Origin: a virus
Reading direction: 5' to 3' (one strand)
IMG/VR virus record: IMGVR_UViG_3300045988_075126
Span: 32,001-96,000 of that record
Length of the DNA: 64,000 bases
Position numbers and translations under genes: made by a program. Numbering within the stretch: position 1 is the first letter of the stretch; every line of letters starts with the position of its first letter. Shown here in pieces: positions 58,365 through 64,000 of the stretch. The notes under the pieces were generated by a model. That model saw only the letters and a list, made by a program, of their open reading frames with translations, was not told the DNA's origin and ran no database searches.

Positions 58365-58538
58365 ACTTGCAGGTATAAGAAAAAATGCTTATCTTTGCAT
58401 CGTGTTTGAAACAGATGGTCTTCAGAGAGGTCGCTTCTACCATAATAAGTCAAGACTTAGGAGTTTACGGCATGGTTTATAGATTACCCAGCCCAGCTAG
58501 ACTATAACAAGGAAACTCTTATTAGGGTGAGAGACCCT
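58365..58538 (+). promoter_or_regulatory. promoter of the tRNA cluster (CTTG -33, TATCTTTG -7 at 58390-58397) and leader with hairpin variant
   Basis: AACACTTGCA-21 nt-TATCTTTGCATCGTG. AGGGTGAGAGACCCT hairpin (58524-58538) lies just before tRNA-Glu. Confidence 0.55.
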
Positions 58539-58542
58539 AGAT

Positions 58543-58615
58543 GCTGCATTAGACAAGTGGTTAAGTCGCCAGCTTTTCACGCTGGTATTCAAAGGTTCGA
58601 ATCCTTTATGCAGTA
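58543..58615 (+). tRNA. tRNA-Glu: tRNA-Glu (anticodon TTC)
   Basis: Manual cloverleaf: acceptor GCTGCAT/ATGCAGT, D-loop with GG, anticodon stem CCAGC/GCTGG, loop TTTTCAC, T-arm AAAGG-TTCGAAT-CCTTT. 73 nt, no encoded CCA. Confidence 0.8.
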
Positions 58616-58621
58616 CTAAAT

Positions 58622-58692
58622 TGCCCTATGGTGTAATGGCAACACTACAGGTTTTGGTTCTGTCATTAGTGGTTCGAATCCACTTGGGGCAA
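58622..58692 (+). tRNA. tRNA-Gln: tRNA-Gln (anticodon TTG)
   Basis: Acceptor TGCCCTA/TGGGGCA (U1-A72), D-arm GTGT/ACAC, anticodon stem ACAGG/TCTGT, loop TTTTGGT, T-arm AGTGG-TTCGAAT-CCACT. 71 nt. Confidence 0.8.
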
Positions 58693-58722
58693 CGAGGAGG
58701 AATAGGAGTATGTTCCACAAAT

Positions 58723-58807
58723 GGTGCGATATTCAAGCGGTTAAAGAAGATTGACTGTAAATCAATTCCCATAGCGGGTTCGGTGAGTTCGAATCTCCCT
58801 TGCACCA
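58723..58807 (+). tRNA. tRNA-Tyr: tRNA-Tyr (anticodon GTA), long variable arm
   Basis: Acceptor GGTGCGA/TTGCACC, anticodon stem ATTGA/TCAAT, loop CTGTAAA, 16-nt variable region, T-arm GTGAG-TTCGAAT-CTCCC (one mismatch). 85 nt. Confidence 0.7.
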
Positions 58808-58829
58808 CAAGTACTTTTGTCATATTACA

Positions 58830-58902
58830 AGGAATGTAGCTCAGTAGTAGAGCACTTGGCTTGGTAACCAAGGGGGCGTTGGTGCAAATCCAACCATTCC
58901 TT
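58830..58902 (+). tRNA. tRNA with 8-nt anticodon loop CTTGGTAA (Thr-GGT-like with an extra U; identity uncertain)
   Basis: Acceptor AGGAATG/CATTCCT, D-arm GCTC-AGTAGTA-GAGC (no GG), anticodon stem CTTGG/CCAAG enclosing 8 nt, T-arm GTTGG-TGCAAAT-CCAAC (atypical T-loop). 73 nt. Confidence 0.55.
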
Positions 58903-58905
58903 TAC

Positions 58906-58977
58906 GCTTTCGTAGCTCAGTGGCAGAGCATAGGATTTTTAATCCTAGGGTCGAAGGTTCGAATCCTTCCGTTGGCA
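58906..58977 (+). tRNA. tRNA-Lys: tRNA-Lys (anticodon TTT), imperfect acceptor stem
   Basis: D-arm GCTC-AGTGGCA-GAGC, anticodon stem TAGGA/TCCTA, loop TTTTTAA, T-arm GAAGG-TTCGAAT-CCTTC. Acceptor GCTTTCG/CGTTGGC has two central U.U mismatches. Confidence 0.55.
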
Positions 58978-59159
58978 CAATGATACACAAGAAGAGAGCC
59001 GTGATGTTTGTCCTATTGGAATCTCGGACATCTTTCAACGGGTAAACGTAGGAAGCAGATGGGACGAATAAAGTTGCGAATAAGTCTATGAACTAGGGAG
59101 ACAAGCGGAATGGTTCTCTTTTGTGTTTCGTTTGATGGTTTTACGAAAATTAGAAGAAT

Positions 59160-59429
59160 ATGAAAAGTCCGCTAAGAATGGCAGTCGCTTTAGAGAAGAA
59201 TAATAAAGTATATCCGAAAGATGTACGGAAGTTCTTGATGGGATTGTACGCCACGCTGCATTTGACAGATAACGCAACGGCTAAAGATATGGAAAAGGTG
59301 GTTTATTATGCTTTTCGGAATGGCTATCTGCTAGGTGTTAAGTCTGAAGGTGGTGATGACCAAAAAGCGTATGACAGACTGCCGGATTTGGGAGTAGAAG
59401 AAGATATTGGTGATGATTTAAGAAGATAG
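59160..59429 (+). CDS. hypothetical protein
   Basis: ORF track, 89 aa. Confidence 0.55.
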   Translation: MKSPLRMAVALEKNNKVYPKDVRKFLMGLYATLHLTDNATAKDMEKVVYYAFRNGYLLGVKSEGGDDQKAYDRLPDLGVEEDIGDDLRR

Positions 59430-59463
59430 TTGATAAAATTGGTAATTAGTTAGTAAAGTTTTT

Positions 59464-59497
59464 AGGCTTTGGTGTGTGAACATCGAAGCCTTTTTTA
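59464..59497 (+). terminator. intrinsic terminator
   Basis: 11-bp stem AGGCTTTGGTG(59464-74)/CATCGAAGCCT(59481-91) followed by TTTTTT. Confidence 0.7.
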
Positions 59498-59588
59498 TAT
59501 ATAATAAGGTATATAAAGAGGGTAATTGTTAATAAAGTGCATATATCAGTTACCGTAAGTTAAATATATAAAGAAAAACATTAAAATG

Positions 59589-59716
59589 CTTGCATGTTTC
59601 AAAACTTATTTGTATCTTTGCATCGTCAATCAAGATAAGTTGGTTGATTTGCCGAGTGACAAGTTTCACTCAATAAGGTGAGAGCGACACCAAGGGGTAA
59701 GACCCGAAACAACTAG
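59589..59716 (+). promoter_or_regulatory. promoter-leader cassette (CTTG -33, TATCTTTG -7 at 59613-59620; hairpins 59653-59670 and 59677-59691)
   Basis: ACATTAAAATGCTTGCA-20 nt-TATCTTTGCATCG...GAGTGA..TCACTC...GGTGAGAGCGACACC...GAAACAACTAG, 11 nt before ATG 59728. Confidence 0.6.
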
Positions 59717-59727
59717 CACAATTGATT

Positions 59728-60657
59728 ATGTCTAAGCAGACTGGTTTTTCATTCGCAAGTTCAAAGAAGTCATTAATTGAGACTATTGACGAAATAAAGA
59801 AGTCAAAGATGCCTCGCAACGAAAAGATTGTTGCATTGAAGGCTTGCGGTCTTCGTGAGAAAGAAATCTCCGATATGTTGAAGGTCTATGTACCTAGCGG
59901 CTCTACTTCAACGAGATTTGTTTATACATTCGGTGTTGAGATTGAATGTGTTCATGCCGAGCGCAATGCCTTGATAGAGGCAGGTCGTCAGAATGGTGTT
60001 GATATTCATTCTGAGGGTTATAACCACACCGATAATAAGAGCTATTTCAAGATTGTTAGTGATTCTTCTGTTGGTGGTGATGTTGACCCTAACGAGGTTG
60101 TTAGTCCGGTATTGAATGGCAATACAAATGGTATGGCAACTTTGAAGAAGGCTATTAAGTCTTTGGATGCTGTAGGTGCAAGAGTTAATTCTACTTGTGG
60201 TCTTCACGTTCATATTGGGGCAGCAAAGTTGACAGGTGAGCAGTATGTTAACGTTTTCAAGAATTATCAGAAACTTGAAAGATTGATTGATAGTTTCATG
60301 GCTCCTTCAAGAAGAGGTAATTGCCGTTGGGCAGCCAGCTTGCTTGACAAGGATTTCTCTAATTGCCACGGCAATTACGATATTAGACGTAATGTATTTC
60401 ATGGAGATAGATATTACAAGGTCAATGCAGAGAGCTATGCACGTCACAAGACTATCGAATTTCGCCAGCATCAAGGTTCAACCAATTATAAGAAGATTGA
60501 AATGTGGGTTAAGTTCTGTGCAAAGCTTGTCGGTTGGTCTCGCAACAATGTCTTCACTAGTGAGGTTATGAATATCGAAGATATACCTTTCTTGAATAAA
60601 GAAGAGAAGGCTTTCTTCCAGAGCCGTAAGGATGCATTTGCAGCCAATAATAATTAA
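59728..60657 (+). CDS. amidoligase (glutamine-synthetase-like COOH-NH2 ligase, Amidoligase_2 family)
   Basis: FGVEIECV, VVSPVL, CGLHVHIG, IEFRQHQGS: the conserved blocks of the phage/bacterial amidoligase family. First ATG of ORF 59722. Confidence 0.7.
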   Translation: MSKQTGFSFASSKKSLIETIDEIKKSKMPRNEKIVALKACGLREKEISDMLKVYVPSGSTSTRFVYTFGVEIECVHAERNALIEAGRQNGVDIHSEGYNHTDNKSYFKIVSDSSVGGDVDPNEVVSPVLNGNTNGMATLKKAIKSLDAVGARVNSTCGLHVHIGAAKLTGEQYVNVFKNYQKLERLIDSFMAPSRRGNCRWAASLLDKDFSNCHGNYDIRRNVFHGDRYYKVNAESYARHKTIEFRQHQGSTNYKKIEMWVKFCAKLVGWSRNNVFTSEVMNIEDIPFLNKEEKAFFQSRKDAFAANNN

Positions 60658-60734
60658 TTAATGTAGTCCTAGGGCTTTTACCCTAGGACACAAATAAACC
60701 AAAGTATTATTAAGAAAAAAGAAAGGGTAAAGAT

Positions 60735-61268
60735 ATGTGTGTTGTTATTGTATGTCCGAAAGGTGTTGCTTTGCCATCCGTAGATGAGCTGAAGGCTGCA
60801 TATATGAGAAATCCAGATGGTTGTGGGTTCGTGAGCGAGTCTGACCATTACAAGAGTTTGCATTTCTCTACATTTATCCGTAGATTGATGAAGCGAGATA
60901 TAAATGAAAATGTAATCATACATTTTAGATTTGCTACTCATGGTTCTGTTTGTGTCAAGAATTGCCATCCATTCTATAAGGCAGGTTATTGGTTTGCACA
61001 TAATGGAGTGCTCCCGATTTGCTCCGAGCATGATAAAACGGATAGTCAGATTTGCTTTGAGCGTTTCATTTATCCTACTATCAAGAAATATGGTTGGGGT
61101 TCTAATGAACATATGAAAGAAATGAATAAATGGACAGCTCATGGTTCTAAGTTTGCAATGTTGCATAATGGTGAGATTGTGAAGTCCGGTAAATTCATAG
61201 AGCGTGATGGACGGTTTTATTCTAATTTGAATCATTTGGGTTATATGCGAAATGTTATAAACTTTTAG
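60735..61268 (+). CDS. class II (Ntn, YafJ-type) glutamine amidotransferase
   Basis: Starts MC (Cys2 nucleophile). FRFATHG, NCHPF, WFAHNGVL blocks. Confidence 0.7.
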   Translation: MCVVIVCPKGVALPSVDELKAAYMRNPDGCGFVSESDHYKSLHFSTFIRRLMKRDINENVIIHFRFATHGSVCVKNCHPFYKAGYWFAHNGVLPICSEHDKTDSQICFERFIYPTIKKYGWGSNEHMKEMNKWTAHGSKFAMLHNGEIVKSGKFIERDGRFYSNLNHLGYMRNVINF

Positions 61269-61302
61269 ATGATTAATGTTTAGGTTCTTTTTATTCGACA
61301 AG

Positions 61303-61337
61303 CGTCAGATGTCCGTGAGGATGTTTGGCGTTTTTTC
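61303..61337 (+). terminator. intrinsic terminator
   Basis: 12-bp stem (four G.U pairs) CGTCAGATGTCC/GGATGTTTGGCG with a GTGA loop, followed by TTTTTT. Confidence 0.55.
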
Positions 61338-61424
61338 GTTATATGCGAGTTTAATTTTGTATTACCACTAGTTATACGATTTCATAATAAAATAGCCTTA
61401 AATCGCTTGTAAATGCCATTATTG

Positions 61425-61446
61425 CTCACTTTTAGGCAAAAGTGAG
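61425..61446 (+). promoter_or_regulatory. perfect 9-bp hairpin / inverted repeat upstream of the head-module promoter
   Basis: CTCACTTTT-AGGC-AAAAGTGAG, 43 nt upstream of the -7 box at 61489. Confidence 0.4.
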
Positions 61447-61488
61447 ATACTTGCAAATAGATTAGTGTATTAATTATTCTTTTCGTAT

Positions 61489-61496
61489 TATCTTTG
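61489..61496 (+). promoter_or_regulatory. Bacteroidota-type -7 box (TATCTTTG)
   Basis: 28 nt upstream of ATG 61525. No -33 element at the canonical spacing. Confidence 0.45.
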
Positions 61497-61524
61497 CACT
61501 AGTTTTAACAAATATATCGAAAGA

Positions 61525-62382
61525 ATGAAAGAGAAAATTTTCCAGTTACTAAAACAAGAGTATAAGTCTCTTGGGTTAGGTGATGAAGTTCTTCAGGCAC
61601 ATGCCGAAATGCTTGATAAGATGGGGCTTGTTACTGATGACAACATCGAGACAGTGGTTGCTAGTCAAAAGGATTTTTTGGAGTCCTTGCAAAAGGACAA
61701 TGACCGCAGAGTTACCGATGCCAAGAAAAAGTTCGAGGAGGCGCAGAAGGCTAAAGAAGATGCTGAACGCAAGGCTGCTGAAGAGGAAGCTAAGAAGAAA
61801 GCTGAAGAAGAAGCCAAGAAAGCCGCTGAGGAAGCCGAAAAGAAACGCTTGGAGGAATTGGCAAAGAAAAACGAAATGCCGGACTATCTCAAAAAATACT
61901 TTGAAGAGCAGGCAGCAGAGAAGAAAGCTTCTGAGGAAGCAAGAACCAAGGAACGTGAAGAGTTCAAGAAACTCGTAGAGACCTTGACTCAAAAGAACAC
62001 CGACCAAACCAAAGTCTACAACGAACAGATGGAGGCGCAAAGCAAGACCATCAAGGAATTGCAGGATACCATCCAAAAGCAAGCTGAGGAGGCTAAGGCT
62101 AAGGAAGAGGCTGCTGCTAAGGCAAAGGCAAAAGCAGACCACGATGCGAAGATTTTATCGAAGGCTAAGGAGTTGGGCATTCCCGAAAGTCGTATTAACG
62201 AGGGTTTCACTTTGAGCGATGATGCCACAGATGAGACCATCGAAACATACCTCTCTAAGGTAGCGAACAACTACAAGGCGTTGCAACAACCACAATTCGG
62301 GGGCAGCTATCGTGCTAGCGAGGGTGAGCCAACAAAGGAGGACGTTGACAATGTAGCCGCATCATTAGTTCAGTCACTTTAA
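61525..62382 (+). CDS. putative head scaffolding protein
   Basis: 285 aa, extreme E/K/A coiled-coil centre. Positioned two genes upstream of the capsid gene. Confidence 0.55.
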   Translation: MKEKIFQLLKQEYKSLGLGDEVLQAHAEMLDKMGLVTDDNIETVVASQKDFLESLQKDNDRRVTDAKKKFEEAQKAKEDAERKAAEEEAKKKAEEEAKKAAEEAEKKRLEELAKKNEMPDYLKKYFEEQAAEKKASEEARTKEREEFKKLVETLTQKNTDQTKVYNEQMEAQSKTIKELQDTIQKQAEEAKAKEEAAAKAKAKADHDAKILSKAKELGIPESRINEGFTLSDDATDETIETYLSKVANNYKALQQPQFGGSYRASEGEPTKEDVDNVAASLVQSL

Positions 62383-62394
62383 AAATTGAAAAAC

Positions 62395-62847
62395 ATGAAT
62401 CAGGAATTGAAGACTACGAAAAAGCAAATTGTCTTTGGTGAGGATTCCGTCATCATCCAGAAATGGGAAGGCGACATCAAGGGCGGTCGTGCTTTGGATT
62501 GGACAGGCGTAAAAGATGAAGTTCTTTACGCAGGTCGTGTTATCGTGACAGATGGTAAGGGAACTTACAAGCCATTGCCTATCGAAACTGGCAATTATAA
62601 GGAATTGGGCACTACTAGTGACCCATTGGAACATTACAAGTATGCAGGTGTTCTCTATCGTTCCATTCTGAACGGTGAGCCAGCGGCAATTATGACTGCT
62701 GGACAAGTAAACAAGGTAGCAGCTAAGGCTGCAAATGGTGCAGACTATCCGGATGCATTCCTTACAGCTATGCCAAAGATTGCTTTGGTTAGCGATGAGG
62801 ATGCTAACAAGTTCGATGAGTCTGATGCAACTATGGACAAAGACTAA
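62395..62847 (+). CDS. putative head decoration / accessory capsid protein
   Basis: First ATG of ORF 62386-62847. Its position between scaffold and major capsid matches the lambda D-E arrangement. Confidence 0.45.
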   Translation: MNQELKTTKKQIVFGEDSVIIQKWEGDIKGGRALDWTGVKDEVLYAGRVIVTDGKGTYKPLPIETGNYKELGTTSDPLEHYKYAGVLYRSILNGEPAAIMTAGQVNKVAAKAANGADYPDAFLTAMPKIALVSDEDANKFDESDATMDKD

Positions 62848-62864
62848 AAGGAGGAGGATAACAG

Positions 62865-63953
62865 ATGGAAAAATCACTTTATTTTCAGTTGGTCAATAAA
62901 TACTTCCCACAACTTGTTGCAAGTGTAGTAGAGAAGTTGAACGGCAAGTATCAGACCACATTGACCTATATGTACCGAGACCACTTGACTAATACCTATA
63001 GTCAAGACGGACGATGGGCATCAATTACTGCGGAATACACACGAGTTGCTGCTGACGTTGTATCAATGGATGCGGAACTTCCATTGAAGAGCCGTGACAA
63101 GGTATCAACCGCTGAGGGTCAAATCCCAAAGGTTGGTATGAAACTCTACATGTCAGAGAAGCAGCTTAAGGATTTGGACAACATGATTGCGCAACGTTTG
63201 CCTCAGCCACAGATTTTGCGTAACTTGTTTGCAGACCTTCCTCGTTGTATTCAGGCGGTTTACGAGCGTATTGAAGATATGTTCCTCAGTGAGTTGTCAA
63301 CAGGTGTAGCTTTGGCTACCCGTTCAGGTGGTACTGGTGTTCGAGTTGATGTTGGCTTTGCCGAGAAGAACAAGTTCGGTCATGGCACTAAGGCTTGGGA
63401 CGCAGAGGATGCAACCCCACTTGACGACATCCAATTGGTTTACGACAAGGCGATGGAAGACCAAAATACCATCACTACTTGTTATCTTGACGATTACACA
63501 ATCAAGTTGCTTGGTAAGAACAAGCAGGTTCGTGCTCAGTTTGCCTTCAATCAAGGCATTGCGATTAATAGTGATAGCAATATTCCTATTTTGAGCTTAG
63601 AGCAAATTGCTTCTATCTTCAAGAACAAGTGGCAGACTAACTTGGTACGTGTAGCCCGTACGATCAAGACCGAGATTAACGGCAAGAAGGGAACACACAA
63701 CCCTTGGGCTAAGGGTCACATGACCTTTACTTGCTATGACAATCTTGGTGATTTGTTCTGGACTAACGTAGCCGAAGCTACAAGACCAGTTGCAGGTGTA
63801 ACTTATCAGTCAGCCGATGAGTATATCTTGGCTAGCCGTTATTCTACCAACGACCCACTCCGTGAGTTCACCAGCTCACAGGCAATGGTTGTTCCTATCT
63901 TGAATAACGTTGATGCCATTTACTCTTTGGACTCAACACAAGCAGTAGGTTAG
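62865..63953 (+). CDS. major capsid protein (HK97 fold, lambda gpE-like size class)
   Basis: 362 aa. Head-module position after the scaffold and decoration-like genes. No sequence motif verified. Confidence 0.6.
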   Translation: MEKSLYFQLVNKYFPQLVASVVEKLNGKYQTTLTYMYRDHLTNTYSQDGRWASITAEYTRVAADVVSMDAELPLKSRDKVSTAEGQIPKVGMKLYMSEKQLKDLDNMIAQRLPQPQILRNLFADLPRCIQAVYERIEDMFLSELSTGVALATRSGGTGVRVDVGFAEKNKFGHGTKAWDAEDATPLDDIQLVYDKAMEDQNTITTCYLDDYTIKLLGKNKQVRAQFAFNQGIAINSDSNIPILSLEQIASIFKNKWQTNLVRVARTIKTEINGKKGTHNPWAKGHMTFTCYDNLGDLFWTNVAEATRPVAGVTYQSADEYILASRYSTNDPLREFTSSQAMVVPILNNVDAIYSLDSTQAVG

Positions 63954-63957
63954 GCTT

Positions 63958-64000
63958 ATGAGAGGTGAGGTAATTAGTCCGTTCCGTGACAAGTTCCATT
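63958..64000 (+). CDS. hypothetical protein, 5' fragment (runs off window)
   Basis: ATG 63958, open to the window end (MRGEVISPFRDKFH...). Confidence 0.35.
   Translation, partial: MRGEVISPFRDKFH

Noticed and set aside
58621-59038. Three track ORFs (58621-58839 +, 58626-58871 -, 58841-59038 -).
   Set aside because: They coincide with the tRNA cluster. The tRNA cloverleaves explain the sequence.
61576-62270. Alternative-frame and antisense ORFs within the scaffold gene (61576-62142 -, 61580-61978 +, 62016-62270 -).
   Set aside because: They are artefacts of the GAA/AAG-rich repetitive coding sequence. Their products are low-complexity.
1-64000. CRISPR arrays, integrase/attachment sites, rRNA genes, complete IS elements, retron/DGR reverse transcriptases.
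   Set aside because: I found no regularly spaced direct-repeat array, no tyrosine or serine recombinase motifs, no RT motifs (YxDD) and no transposase. Lysogeny cannot be inferred from this window.

Overview
This 64-kb window reads as most of a tailed dsDNA phage or prophage genome from a Bacteroidota host (Bacteroides/Prevotella-like). It holds about 125 short, tightly packed ORFs, mostly on the + strand. Promoters fit the Bacteroidota type (TTTG/CTTG, 19-21 nt, TAnnTTTG), there is no obvious Shine-Dalgarno usage, several ORFs have lipoprotein boxes, and I see no cellular housekeeping genes. Recognisable modules: the end of a tail-fibre gene (1-1335); a minus-strand accessory block (3.6-9.1 kb) with a HAD phosphatase, an HExxH protein, a Gly-rich membrane-protein operon and tandem double-HTH regulators; a lysis cassette (9.3-11.3 kb: holin, GH108 endolysin, unimolecular spanin); orphan C5 and N6 DNA methyltransferases; two RNase HI genes; ThyX; a 2177-aa tape-measure-like gene (39.7-46.2 kb); a GIY-YIG endonuclease island; five clustered tRNAs (58.5-59.0 kb); an amidoligase plus class-II glutamine amidotransferase pair; and the start of a head module (61.5-64 kb: scaffold, decoration-like protein, HK97-type capsid). 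Items worth a second look: (1) a compact IscB nuclease with a 267-nt structured upstream omega-RNA region and no transposase; (2) a ~440-nt ORF-free, heavily base-paired region (21.2-21.6 kb) ending in a tRNA-like module; (3) an RlmN/Cfr-family radical-SAM gene whose C-terminal AACGQL cysteine motif sits on a separate 39-aa ORF 1.2 kb downstream, with a second radical-SAM gene and a SAM methyltransferase in between; (4) a hairpin plus AAAACTG motif present about 16 times, usually 6-12 nt upstream of start codons and often inside a repeated promoter-leader cassette; (5) a tRNA with an 8-nt anticodon loop; (6) structured leaders and palindrome-rich non-coding regions. All function calls come from motifs read in the translations. 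No database search was possible.
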